Shown: positions 28,668 to 38,860, counted from the stretch's first letter. The stretch is 64,000 nucleotides of DNA from an uncultured Candidatus Binatia bacterium (GCA_965213675.1 OZ243916.1:2400001-2464000), one strand, 5' to 3'. Program-made: numbers and translations. The notes: generated by a model from the letters alone, not told the origin.

Positions 28668-29138
28668 ATGTCAGCGCAACCCATCACACTCAACGGCAAG
28701 AAGCTCATCATCCTGGGGGAACGGGACGGCGTCCCCGCCCCGGTCATCGAGCAGGCCATCGCGGGACTGGGAGGTGAGGTCGCGTACGCCGCCACCCAGT
28801 GCTTCGTTTGAACAGCCGCTGGGGCCATGGACCTTGAGGATCAAGGTCGAATAAAAGAACTCGCTGAAGAATACGGAAAGGACGGCATCGTCGTGCTGCT
28901 CGGCGCCCCTACCACCGAGAGCAGCCAAGTCCAGTTCGAGACCGTTACCACCGGCGACCCCTCCTACGCCGGCCCCCTCGCCGGCGTGGAGCTCGGCCTC
29001 CCCGCCTACCACGTCTTCGAGCCCAACGTGAAAGCCGCCATCGACCCCGACCAGTACGCCGAGAACATCGAGGTCCTGGAGATGGGGCTGGAAGCGGACG
29101 CGATCGTGGACGCGTTGGCGGGGATGCGGGCAGGGTAG
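28668..29138 (+). CDS. grdA: Glycine/sarcosine/betaine reductase selenoprotein A; in-frame UGA (28809-28811) read as Sec
   Basis: GAGGAG-ATG 28668; KKLIILGERDGVP..TQCFV-U-TAAGAMDLEDQ..GDPSYAGPLAGVELGL; the ORF track shows only the part after the UGA. Confidence 0.93.
28830..28848 (+). promoter_or_regulatory. Putative bacterial SECIS hairpin of grdA
   Basis: GACCTTGA-GGA-TCAAGGTC perfect stem with a G-rich loop ~26 nt after the UGA. Confidence 0.7.
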
Positions 29139-29193
29139 CATTGGGGTGACCGGTTCCGGGACTCGTTCTGGGGACACTAGAATGGCTGAAGCC

Positions 29194-29421
29194 ATGAACT
29201 ATCGAGATGTCATCACCATAGAACCCGGAAAGCGCGGCGGCAAACCGTGTATCCGAGGGCTTCGCATTACCGTTTACGATGTCCTCGAATATCTGGCATC
29301 CGGCATGTCCGAGGATCAAATACTCTCCGATTTCCCCAATCTCGAACGCGACGACATCCGCGCCTGCCTAGCGTTCGCCGCTGACCGGGAGCGCCGCTTC
29401 GTTTCGGTGCCATCCGAGTGA
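29194..29421 (+). CDS. DUF433-family antitoxin
   Basis: ITIEPGKRGGKPCIRGLRITVYDVL..GMSEDQILSDFPNL..DIRACLAFAA. Confidence 0.9.
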   Translation: MNYRDVITIEPGKRGGKPCIRGLRITVYDVLEYLASGMSEDQILSDFPNLERDDIRACLAFAADRERRFVSVPSE

Positions 29422-29750
29422 GGTTGTTGTTCGACCAGAATCTGTCTCCGCGATTGCCTCGCAAGTTGGCGGGAATTTTTCCCGATTCCATACACGTTCG
29501 CGATGTAGAACTTCAGAGAGCGGACGATTCCGCGGTTTGGCAATATGCCCGCGAACACGGATTCACCATAGTCATCAAGGACTCGGACTTCCGGCAACTC
29601 AGTTTTTTGAACGGACACCCACCGAAGGTGATCTGGATTCGACGGGGCAACTGTTCTACCGATGAAATCGAGTCGATTCTTCGGCTATTCTCTGCCGACT
29701 TGGCAGACTTCAACTCGGACCCTTCGGTGTCCTACTTGGCTATGGCGTAG
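29418..29750 (+). CDS. DUF5615 PIN-like toxin
   Basis: MRLLFDQNLSPRL..HVRD..DD..W..KDSDF..PPKVIWIR.GN; GTGA overlap with DUF433. Confidence 0.88.
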   Translation: MRLLFDQNLSPRLPRKLAGIFPDSIHVRDVELQRADDSAVWQYAREHGFTIVIKDSDFRQLSFLNGHPPKVIWIRRGNCSTDEIESILRLFSADLADFNSDPSVSYLAMA

Positions 29751-29789
29751 TTTGATGCCTCTGTCTGGCCAAGCGCTGTTTGTTGGAAT

Positions 29790-30045
29790 CCATTAGACAC
29801 CAGCTCCTGGAGCGTTTCGTACCTTTTCGGACAGGAAGTGAACCCCGAGACCTGGGCGGTGTCGAAGTCGGACATCTTCATGAAAAATCCGACGGGCCGC
29901 GACGCCGAGAACATCGCGTTCGGGAGCACCCTGTCCAACGATCGTCACGCCGGCCAGACCTTCGACTACCTGATCGCCAACCCGCCCTACGGCAAGGACT
30001 GGAAACGCGACCAGGAGACTGTCGAGACCGAACACCAACGCGGTA
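29790..30045 (+). pseudogene. Type I R-M methyltransferase (HsdM) fragment
   Basis: GQEVNPETWAV..GSTLSND..FDYLIANPPYGKDWK. Confidence 0.8.
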
Positions 30046-30145
30046 CGCTGTTTCCGCCAACGCCGCCAGTGGCCCTCACCGTTCAGTTCTACACCGACGC
30101 CGCTCGTGCTGACCGGTGGCAAGGCTACTTGAACCGGAATGCTTC
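30045..30145 (+). pseudogene. Possible AbiEii-like nucleotidyltransferase C-terminal fragment
   Basis: RGT..P..PVALT..F..D....RWQGYLNRN fused in frame to the HsdM fragment. Confidence 0.4.
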
Positions 30146-30394
30146 ACGGATCGCCACCGTACTTCGGTACCGTGGGTGAACTTCTCCGGTCCTTTCTTCG
30201 AGAGCCGTCGGATGCGATGGTACAGCGGTCGGAATTCAACGGGGTCTGGCCTAACGGTGGTCTGTGGCAGTACTGACAACGCCCGGATACCTGCAGCGAC
30301 AATACCTCAATGGGAACGGGACGGGATGACCAAGCGATCTACGGACACCGCGACCAGAAATAATTCCGGAGTCGCAGAAGACCCGATATTGGCG

Positions 30395-30450
30395 CCCGGG
30401 TTGAACCCCTATCCGTCCTACAAGGATTCTGGGGTCGAATGGAGCGGTTC
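30395..30450 (+). pseudogene. Type I R-M specificity subunit (HsdS) N-terminal fragment
   Basis: LNPYPSYKDSGVEW.G is typical of HsdS N-termini; nothing related follows. Confidence 0.65.
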
Positions 30451-30578
30451 CGGGACGGTGAGGCTGCCGGAGGAGGATGCGAAGGAGTACGTAAGGACCC
30501 GATTCGGTGCACTACGGACATAAGCGGCGGCAAGTGGGGGCGCTTCTTCATTTGCCGTCCGCCATCCTGTGGCTCAAT

Positions 30579-32333
30579 CTATACTCTTCCGTGGACCTCC
30601 ACCGTCCCGGAAGGCGCCTGCTGCGGACACCGTTCCGCCATTTCGAGGTAGCGGCAGAAGGCGTTGGCCAGTTGCATCTGCCTCGGGGTACGGCATTCGG
30701 CTTCGAAGAGTTGCGGCGAAGCCACCAGGATCGACAGGCATTTGGCCCTGGACGTGGCGACATTGAGCCGGTTGAGACTGTAGAGGAACTCCATTCCCCG
30801 CGGCGCGTCCGTGTGTCTTGACGTGGCGGTCGAGTAGATGGCGATGGGAGCCTCCTGTCCCTGGAACTTGTCCACCGTGCCGACCCGTGCCCCCTCCGGG
30901 CAGGCGCGCTGGATCTCGAAGACCTGGGCGTTGTACGGCGTAATGATCACGATGTCCTTCAGCCTGACGGGGCATTCCCGGCCGTCGCGGTCGATCCAGG
31001 TCGCACCACCCTCCAGAATGCCGTTCACGAGCGCGCCGAGGACTTCCGCCTCTTCCGGGGAACAGTTTTGATTGCCGTGGTGCTCAACCGGCAGGTAGCG
31101 CAGGCCGGAGCCGCTCACCGGCCCCTTGGCGTGGATAACCTGTTGATCGAGGCCGGCCCTTGAACCGAGCTTGCCTTCATAGAACAGTTCGGACGTGTAT
31201 GCGGAGATGTCGGGATGGAGCCGCCAGGTCTCTTGCAGGAACAGTCCTTTCTCCGGTGGCAGCGTCTTGTCGCCGGCCAGGATATGATCCAGGGTGGACA
31301 CGCCGGTGCCGTCCGGATGACCGCCCTGGGTCGGCTGATCGAGTTGCTGCGGATCGTCGATAAGCACCACGGTCCTGGCCGCCTGCGAGACGGCCAGGAC
31401 GTTGGCAAGGGACATTTGCGCGGCTTCATCGACGAACAGCACCTCCAGCGTCTCGAATGCCTCCGGGCGGGACCACAGCCACGCGGTGCCGCCGCCGACG
31501 GATACGCCGGCTTCAAGCGCGTCGAAGAGGTCCTGATTCTTCGTGACCAGAGAAAGACCCGCCCGGGGTTCATCCGCTCCAACCGCTTGATGGAGTAGCT
31601 CTCCACGCCGGCCCGTATGCCGCGCCGCACGACCTGGTATAGATCGACGAACAGTCCGGCGCGAAGCATCCGGTCGATCTCGTCCTGCCGGGTGGCGTAA
31701 CCGCCCATCAGGCGTTTCAGGGCCGTCGGCTCGTAGGGAGCGTAGTGGTAGACGTGCATGTCCGGGAACCGTTCCCAGCGGTCCATGACGACGTCGACGA
31801 AATTCTCCAAGGCCCGTTTCTCCTCGGTTCGCGAGAAGGCCCAGTCGCCGCGGGACACGAGCTCGCCGGCGTCGCTCATCGACACGTAGCCGAACAGATA
31901 TTCAAGGCCGTGCTCACCCACGAACGGATCGCCTTCCAGGTCGAAGAAGATGTCGCCGTCCGACGGTTCCGGGAGCAAAGAGAGGCCGAAGTCCTTCTCC
32001 ACCGGAAGCAGCTCGAAGGTCTTCTCGCCGGTCTCGCGGGCCTCGAACTGAACCCGTGCCTGCTCGCGGACGCGCCCGTAGGTTTCCGGGGAGCCGCGGT
32101 CCGGCTTCCAGTCCAACGGAAGGGGCAAACCGGCCAGGCCCCGCAACGTTGTCACGTCGCGCTGCTTCAACTCGTTGATCTGCAGCTTCGAGATTCCCGC
32201 CACGAGACAGAGGTGATCGTCGTCGCGACGGCGCTTGTCGCAAGCCTCCCGCCACCTGCACAGGTCGCAATGTTCCACCGGCTCGGGATAGGTCGGTGGC
32301 GCTGAGTTCGAAGAATTCGTCTGTCCGTTTCAT
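30579..32333 (-). pseudogene. TM0106-family nuclease-SF1 helicase, broken by at least two internal deletions
   Basis: ELSATDL joined out of frame to YPEPVEHCDLC; FFDLEGDP; SYSIKRLE; then LFVDEAAQ, GTVDKFQGQE and NRLNVATSRA; Walker A absent. Confidence 0.82.
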
Positions 32334-32367
32334 TGCGAATGGCCGGCCCCGTTGAACGATGAGGCGC

Positions 32368-32763
32368 CTACAGCGTCGGCACGACGCCGGATTGGATGAT
32401 TCGTGCGTCGCGGGTCAGCACCGTTGCGCCAAGAAGCTGCGCCGAGGCGACGATGACCCGGTCGGCAGGGTCCCGATGAAAGGCGGCGGGAAGGGCGGCC
32501 ACCGCCGCTGCAACAGCGGGTGAGATGCCGACCCGCTGCACCAAGGGTGGGGCGGTGGCGGCCTCGAGCCACTCCCTCAGCGGCAAATGGAACGAGAGCC
32601 GCTTGAGATTGTACAACGTGGCAATCTCCCACAGGGTGATGTCCGAAACCCACAGCGGATTCTCGGGACCGGCCTGTCGAAGGACTTCCTCCTGCTCCGA
32701 CGAAAGACTGCGGTCCGCGCCCATCCAGTCAATCAGAATGTGTGTATCGAGGAGCGCCTTCAC
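32368..32763 (-). CDS. vapC: PIN-domain toxin
   Basis: LLDTHILI..S.ITLWEI..HRDPADRVIVA.A..LTRD. Confidence 0.9.
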   Translation of the reverse strand: MKALLDTHILIDWMGADRSLSSEQEEVLRQAGPENPLWVSDITLWEIATLYNLKRLSFHLPLREWLEAATAPPLVQRVGISPAVAAAVAALPAAFHRDPADRVIVASAQLLGATVLTRDARIIQSGVVPTL

Positions 32764-33008
32764 CGCGTCTTCCCTGCCTCGGCTTCCCAGACGCCGGCAT
32801 CCAGGACCGGCCCTACGATATCTCCGTGTACCTCCACCGTTCCAAAAAGCGCATGCTGCGGATAGCGGTGCTGCCTGGGGACCGGCGGGACAAGCTGGGC
32901 AACCGGCTTGCCGCGTTTCAGGATCGTAACCGCCTGTCCTGTCTGTACGACTTCATCGAGGATGGCCAAGCATTTTGCCTTGAATTCCGAGGCATTGATT
33001 TCTCTCAT
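32760..33008 (-). CDS. Phd/YefM-family antitoxin
   Basis: INASEFKAKCLAILDEV..G..VTI.KRGKPVAQLVP; overlaps the vapC start. Confidence 0.9.
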   Translation of the reverse strand: MREINASEFKAKCLAILDEVVQTGQAVTILKRGKPVAQLVPPVPRQHRYPQHALFGTVEVHGDIVGPVLDAGVWEAEAGKTR

Positions 33009-33032
33009 ATGACCAGGCTATATGACTAGTCA
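33007..33032. promoter_or_regulatory. Probable autoregulatory operator of the phd-vapC operon
   Basis: ATATGAC twice (33007, 33020) and palindrome TGACTAGTCA (33023-33032) immediately upstream of the start. Confidence 0.45.
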
Positions 33033-33076
33033 ATCGAAATCAACCAAGGCACGGACCATACAGAAGGAGATTCACC

Positions 33077-33889
33077 ATGGCCAACCACATCGCAGGCCCC
33101 CTTTACTACGAGCGCATGGGCCGCACCGGTCCGGTGATGGCGTTCATCCATCCCAACCCCATGGACCAGTCGTGCTGGATCTTCCAGATGGCGCACCTGT
33201 CGACGTGGTATCGGTGCATCGCCATCGACATTCCGGGGTACGGGCGGTCGCCGAAGGCGGCAGCGGGGCTGACCATGGATGACATGGCCGAGGCGTGTTG
33301 GGAGGCGATCGACGACGCGACGCCCGGTGAGGACGCGGTTCTGGTGGGCTCGTCGGTGGGGTCGGCCATCGCTCCGTACATGTATCACCAGCGCCCGGAC
33401 CGGACGAAGGCGATGATCCTGTCGGGCAAGGGGTACTCGACGGACAAGAGCAACTTCCAGCGGCGTATCGACACCTACCGCGCCAACGGCATCGGTTTTC
33501 GCTGGCGGTACACCTTCGAGGACTTGAGCCCGGCGTTCCGCGCCACGCCGCTGGCGCATTTCTTCGCCAACCTGTTCACCGAACGCAACGAGTTCGCGGA
33601 CGTGGACACGATCTGCCACCAGTTCGGGGCGCTTCAGGAACAGGAGCCCGAGGGCCATTACTCCGGCCTCGCCTGCCCGGTCATCATCCTCACCGGCAGC
33701 GAGGACAACGCCCATCCACGGGCGTTTGCCCTGCAGGAGCAAATTCCGGGTTGCGAGTTGAAGGTGTTGCCCGGCGCCGGGCATGCCTGCCAGATCGAGC
33801 AGCCCTGGCTGTTCGACCGCTTCATGATCGAGTTTCTGACCAAGCACGACCTTTTCCCGGGGACGCCTGAACCATCGGCCGGGTCCTAA
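33077..33889 (+). CDS. Alpha/beta hydrolase (paralogue 1)
   Basis: DIPGYGRS, GSSVG nucleophile elbow, GSED and GAGH. Confidence 0.9.
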   Translation: MANHIAGPLYYERMGRTGPVMAFIHPNPMDQSCWIFQMAHLSTWYRCIAIDIPGYGRSPKAAAGLTMDDMAEACWEAIDDATPGEDAVLVGSSVGSAIAPYMYHQRPDRTKAMILSGKGYSTDKSNFQRRIDTYRANGIGFRWRYTFEDLSPAFRATPLAHFFANLFTERNEFADVDTICHQFGALQEQEPEGHYSGLACPVIILTGSEDNAHPRAFALQEQIPGCELKVLPGAGHACQIEQPWLFDRFMIEFLTKHDLFPGTPEPSAGS

Positions 33890-33955
33890 CGAATATCGAA
33901 TGATCGTCAGTATCCAGCGTTCAGAAGTTGGGAACCACCGAAACGGAGGAATATC

Positions 33956-34771
33956 ATGGCGAACAACGTTGAAGGACCCCTCTACTACGAGCGCATGGGC
34001 CGCACCGGTCCCGTGATGGCGTTCATCCATCCCAACCCCATGGACCAGTCGTGCTGGATCTTCCAGATGGCGCACCTGTCGACCTGGTATCGGTGCATCG
34101 CCATCGACATTCCGGGGTACGGCCGGTCGCCCAAGGCCGCGGAGGGGCTGACCATGGACGACATGGCGGACGGGTGCTGGGAAGCCATCGACGACGCGCT
34201 GCCGGGCGAGACCGCCATCTTGGTGGGCTGTTCGGTGGGATCTTCCCTGGCTCCGTACATGTATCACCGGCGTCCCGACCGGACAGCGGCGATGATCTTG
34301 TCGGGAACGGGCTACACGCCCGAGAAAGCGTTCGCCGCCCGGCGCATTGCCGCATACGGCGCCAAGGGCATCGGCTATCGCTGGGCGTATACGTTCGAGG
34401 ATCTGAGTCCTGCATTTCGCACGACGCCGATGGCACACTTCTTCGCCAACCTCTTCGCGGAACGCAACGACTTCGCGGACGTCGATACCATCCTCCGCCA
34501 GTTCCGGGCGATGCAGGCGCCGGAACCCGACGGCCACCACTCCAACATCTCCTGTCCGGTCACCATCCTGAGCGGCAGCGAGGACAACTCCCATCCCACC
34601 GCGGCCGCGCTGCAGGAGCGGATACCGGGCTGCGAAATGAAGGTGCTGCCCGGAGCCGGGCATGCCTGCCAGATCGAGCAGCCTTGGCTGTTCAACCGCT
34701 TCATGATCGAGTTCCTCGACAAGCACGGCTTGTTTCCCGGGACGCCCAAACCGCTGCCCGGGAGCTTCTGA
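33956..34771 (+). CDS. Alpha/beta hydrolase (tandem paralogue 2)
   Basis: Same motifs with GCSVG; N-terminal part nearly identical to paralogue 1. Confidence 0.9.
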   Translation: MANNVEGPLYYERMGRTGPVMAFIHPNPMDQSCWIFQMAHLSTWYRCIAIDIPGYGRSPKAAEGLTMDDMADGCWEAIDDALPGETAILVGCSVGSSLAPYMYHRRPDRTAAMILSGTGYTPEKAFAARRIAAYGAKGIGYRWAYTFEDLSPAFRTTPMAHFFANLFAERNDFADVDTILRQFRAMQAPEPDGHHSNISCPVTILSGSEDNSHPTAAALQERIPGCEMKVLPGAGHACQIEQPWLFNRFMIEFLDKHGLFPGTPKPLPGSF

Positions 34772-34873
34772 CAGAACCCTCCGAGACTCCGCATGGACGA
34801 CCGGAGGGCGCCGTGTTAACCTTCCGGCAAGGCACACTTCCGTCTACTCAACCCCTTTGGGAGGGCCTCGGAC

Positions 34874-36496
34874 ATGCTCGAAGCGACGGCAAGGCATCGC
34901 CTCGGAACATCCACCCGAACGCTGGTCATCGTGCTCTTCGCCGCACTGCTGCTGGCCATCCCCTCCGCCCACGCTGACAAGAACACCCTCCAGCGGGGCA
35001 ACGGCGCGGAGCCGGAGACCCTCGACGTGCACAAGTCGTCGGGCGTTCCGGCCGCCGGCATCCAGCGCGACCTCTTCGAGGGTCTCGTGGCGGAAGCCGC
35101 CGACGGCTCCCTGATCCCGGGCGTGGCGGAGAGCTGGACCCTGAGCGATGACGGCACGGTCTACACGTTCCGCCTCCGCAGGAACGCCAAGTGGTCCAAC
35201 GGCGATCCGGTCACGGCTCACGACTTCGTCTTCGCGTTGAGGCGGGGCGTGGATCCGGCGGTGGGCTCCGGCTACGCCTTCATCCTCTGGCCCATCGCCA
35301 ACGGCGAGGAGATCACCAAGGGCAAGATCAAGGAGATCCACCGGCTCGGGGCGGAAGCCGTCGACGCGCACACCCTGAAGGTGACCCTGAAGGCGCCGAC
35401 GCCCTACTTCATCGGCATGCTCACGCATCCACATGCGTATCCCGTGCATCCCAGGACGCTGGAGCGCCACGGAGACAAGTGGACCCGGGCCGGCAACCTG
35501 GTTTCCAACGGTGCCTACCGCCTGACCGAATGGGTGCCCCAGAGCCACATCCGTCTGGAGCGCAACCCGCACTATTGGGACGCGGCCAACGTGGGTATCG
35601 ATGCCGTGGTCTTCCACCCCACGGAGAACACGAGCACCGAGCTCAAGCGGTTCCGGAGCGGCGAGCTGGACATCACCTATGACGTGCCCCCCGACCAGAT
35701 CGCGTGGGTGGAGAAGAACTTCGGGGCGCAGTTCCGCAACACCGCGTATCTCGGCACCTACTACTATGCCCTCAACCTGACCCAAGCACCGTTCCGCGAC
35801 CGCCCGGGACTGCGCAACGCGCTGGCCATGACCATCGACCGGGAAATCCTCACCGGCAAGGTCACCAAGGGCGGCGAGATCCCCGCCTACGCCTGGGTCC
35901 CCCCGGGCGTCAATCGGTACGCGGGAGCCGCGGTACCCTGGAAGGGACTGTCCAAGGCCGAGCGTCTCGCCCGGGCAAGGAAGCTTTACGCCGAAGCGGG
36001 ATACTCGAAGGAGAACCCTCTGAAGGTGCAGATCCTGTACAACACCAGCGACAACCACAAGCGCATCGCCATAGCCATCTCGGGAATGTGGAAACAGGCC
36101 CTGGGCGTCCAGACGGAACTCTTCAACCAGGAGTGGAAGGTCTATCTCACGACCCGCCGCGCCATGCAGTTCGACGTGCTCCGGGCCGGCTGGATCGGCG
36201 ACTACAACGACGCCAATACCTTCCTCGAACTGCTCAAGGGCGGCGTCGGCTCCATGAACCCCGCGGGGTATGCCAACCCGGAGTACGACGCCCTCATGCG
36301 CAAGGCGGAGACCGAGACCGACCTGGAAGTCCGGGCGAAGCTCATGCAGAAGGCGGAGAGCATCCTGTTGAACGACATCCCCATCATCCCAATCTACCAC
36401 TACACCACCCAGCATCTGGTGAGCCCGCGGGTCAAGGGGTGGAAGGACAACGTCATGGACGTGCACCCGACGCGGCATCTGTCGCTGATACCGTGA
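34874..36496 (+). CDS. oppA: Oligopeptide ABC transporter substrate-binding protein
   Basis: Signal peptide AHA|D, EPETLD, DLFEGLV, AKWSNGDPVTAHDFV and RAGWIGDY. Confidence 0.92.
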   Translation: MLEATARHRLGTSTRTLVIVLFAALLLAIPSAHADKNTLQRGNGAEPETLDVHKSSGVPAAGIQRDLFEGLVAEAADGSLIPGVAESWTLSDDGTVYTFRLRRNAKWSNGDPVTAHDFVFALRRGVDPAVGSGYAFILWPIANGEEITKGKIKEIHRLGAEAVDAHTLKVTLKAPTPYFIGMLTHPHAYPVHPRTLERHGDKWTRAGNLVSNGAYRLTEWVPQSHIRLERNPHYWDAANVGIDAVVFHPTENTSTELKRFRSGELDITYDVPPDQIAWVEKNFGAQFRNTAYLGTYYYALNLTQAPFRDRPGLRNALAMTIDREILTGKVTKGGEIPAYAWVPPGVNRYAGAAVPWKGLSKAERLARARKLYAEAGYSKENPLKVQILYNTSDNHKRIAIAISGMWKQALGVQTELFNQEWKVYLTTRRAMQFDVLRAGWIGDYNDANTFLELLKGGVGSMNPAGYANPEYDALMRKAETETDLEVRAKLMQKAESILLNDIPIIPIYHYTTQHLVSPRVKGWKDNVMDVHPTRHLSLIP

Positions 36497-36638
36497 CGCC
36501 TCCGGCGTCGCATCGGAGCCCGCGCGCGGCAACGTCGTCGTCCATCGGGAACGCCAGCGGGCCACCCCTCGCCAAGGCCGGAGGCGCCCGTTCCCCGGAG
36601 GACTGACCGCCGGAACATCATCCCGGACTTTCAGGACC

Positions 36639-37565
36639 TTGTGGATCTACGTGATACGGCGGCTGGCGTCGGCGCTGCCGACGCTGTTCATCATCGTCGC
36701 CATCGCCTTCTTCATGATCCGGCTGGCGCCCGGCGGTCCCTTCGATCGGGAACGGGTGGTGCCGCCCGAGATCTCGGCCAACCTGAACCGCGTCTACCAT
36801 CTTGACGAACCCCTGCCGCAACAATTCGTTCGCTACCTCAAGGGCCTCGCGCGCGGCGACTTCGGGCCATCCTTCAAATACCGGGACTTCACCGTCACCG
36901 AGTTGATCGCCGCCGGATTCCCGGTGTCGCTCAAGATCGGCCTTTCGGCCATGGCCGCGGCGGTGCTGGTCGGGGTCGGCCTTGGCGCGTGGGCGGCGCG
37001 GCGGCGCAACTCCGCGGTGGCCCACCTGGTCATGGGACTCGCCATGACCGGCATCGCGGTGCCCAACTTCGTGGTGGCGCCGCTGCTGTCCCTCGTCATC
37101 GGCGTGTACCTGAACCTCCTGCCCGTGGGCGGCCTCGGAGACGGCGGCGTGCGCCACCTGCTGCTGCCGGTGATTTCCCTGGCGCTGCCGCAGGTGGCCT
37201 TCATTGCGCGCCTCGCGCGCGGCAGCATGATCGAAGTGCTGGACGCCGACTTCATCCGCACCGCCCGCGCCAAGGGACTCACGGAACGGCGCATCGTACT
37301 CCGTCACGCCCTCAAGAACGCCCTCACGCCGGTGGTCTCCTACCTCGGACCGGCCACCGCCGCCATCGTCACCGGGTCGGTGGTGATCGAGCAGATCTTC
37401 GGCATCCCCGGCCTCGGCCGCTACTTCGTTCAGGGCGCCCTCAACCGCGACTACACCCTGGTGATGGGGGTGGTGGTCACCTATGGCGCGCTCATCATCG
37501 CCCTCAATCTGATCGTGGACCTGCTCTACGGTGTCCTCGACCCGCGGGTGCGCTCCCATGAATAG
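36639..37565 (+). CDS. oppB: Oligopeptide ABC permease
   Basis: APGGPFD, GDFGPS, FIRTARAKGL and DPRVR. Confidence 0.92.
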   Translation: MWIYVIRRLASALPTLFIIVAIAFFMIRLAPGGPFDRERVVPPEISANLNRVYHLDEPLPQQFVRYLKGLARGDFGPSFKYRDFTVTELIAAGFPVSLKIGLSAMAAAVLVGVGLGAWAARRRNSAVAHLVMGLAMTGIAVPNFVVAPLLSLVIGVYLNLLPVGGLGDGGVRHLLLPVISLALPQVAFIARLARGSMIEVLDADFIRTARAKGLTERRIVLRHALKNALTPVVSYLGPATAAIVTGSVVIEQIFGIPGLGRYFVQGALNRDYTLVMGVVVTYGALIIALNLIVDLLYGVLDPRVRSHE

Positions 37566-37606
37566 CGTCGTGATGCAATCCACGGGAGCGCAGCCGAAGG
37601 AGGGTC

Positions 37607-38503
37607 ATGACTGAATCCGCGACCGTGACCGGGAGCCGCCAGGCCGCGACCGCCGTCGGGCGCGGGCCCTGGCGCGACACCGCCTCCCGCCTCCGGCGGA
37701 ACCGCGCCGCCATGGCCGGCCTTGTGACGCTGGCCGCTCTCGCCGTCCTCTCGGTCGCCGTCCCCATGCTCTCCCCCCACGCCATCGACGACATCTTCTG
37801 GGACGCCATCGGCACCGGCCCTTCCCTTGCCAGCGGCCACCTGTTCGGCACCGACGCCAACGGCCGGGATCTGTTCCTGCGCACGCTGTACGCCGGGCGT
37901 ATTTCCCTCTCGGTGGGCCTCGCCGCTTCGGTGGTGAGCGTGGTGGTGGGGGTGTTCTGGGGCACCGTTTCCGGCTATGCCGGCGGCGCCGCCGACTCCC
38001 TCATGATGCGCTTCGTGGACATCCTCTACGCGCTGCCCTTCATGTTCTTCGTCATCCTGCTGATGGTCTACTTCGGGCGCCACGTGGTGCTGATCTTCGT
38101 GGCCATCGGCATGGTGGAGTGGCTCGACATGGCGCGCATCGTGCGCGGCGAGACCCTATCCCTCAAGCGCCGGGAATTCGTGGAAGCGGCCCGGGCCATG
38201 GGCGCGCCGTCCATGTGGATCGTGCTGCGGCATGTCATCCCCAACGTCGTGGGACCCGTGGCGGTCTTCGCCACCCTCACCGTCCCCCGGGCCATCCTGT
38301 TCGAGAGTTTCCTGAGCTTCCTCGGCCTGGGCATCCAGGAACCCATGACAAGCTGGGGCGTCCTCATCAGCGAGGGCGCGACCCAGATGGAAACCCAACC
38401 CTGGGCACTGGTCTTTCCCGCCACGTTCCTCGCCGCCACGCTCTTCAGCCTCAACTTCCTCGGCGACGGCCTGCGCGACGCGCTGGATCCGAAGCAGCGA
38501 TAG
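37607..38503 (+). CDS. oppC: Oligopeptide ABC permease
   Basis: FGTDANGRDL, EFVEAARAMGA, ESFLSFLGLG and GDGLRDALDPK. Confidence 0.92.
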   Translation: MTESATVTGSRQAATAVGRGPWRDTASRLRRNRAAMAGLVTLAALAVLSVAVPMLSPHAIDDIFWDAIGTGPSLASGHLFGTDANGRDLFLRTLYAGRISLSVGLAASVVSVVVGVFWGTVSGYAGGAADSLMMRFVDILYALPFMFFVILLMVYFGRHVVLIFVAIGMVEWLDMARIVRGETLSLKRREFVEAARAMGAPSMWIVLRHVIPNVVGPVAVFATLTVPRAILFESFLSFLGLGIQEPMTSWGVLISEGATQMETQPWALVFPATFLAATLFSLNFLGDGLRDALDPKQR

Positions 38504-38565
38504 CCGACCCTACTTGACCTATTAAAGAGACTATACTACATAAAAATTATTTGGGATCAATCCTA

Positions 38566-38859
38566 TTGAGGATCATTGCCAAACGTGCTCTGAGGGAGTT
38601 CTGGCAGCGTTATCCGGACGCTGAGAGTTGGCTTCGCGCATGGTACGACCAAGTCAGGCGAGCGGACTGGGATTCACCCGCCAGCATACGACGGGAACAC
38701 CCTCGCGCGAGCATCGTCGGGAGTGACCGAGTCGTCTTCAGGTTCAAAGGGAACGAATATCGAATGATCGTCAGGGTATTTTACCCGGGGCGTCTCATCT
38801 ACATACGGTTTATCGGCACCCACACCGAATATGACCGTGTCAATGTGGAGGAGGTGTAA
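38566..38859 (+). CDS. higB: HigB toxin (RelE superfamily)
   Basis: RIIAKRALREFW..A.W..P..VVF.FKGNEYR..YIRFIGTH.EYD. Confidence 0.88.
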   Translation: MRIIAKRALREFWQRYPDAESWLRAWYDQVRRADWDSPASIRREHPRASIVGSDRVVFRFKGNEYRMIVRVFYPGRLIYIRFIGTHTEYDRVNVEEV

Positions 38860-38860
38860 C

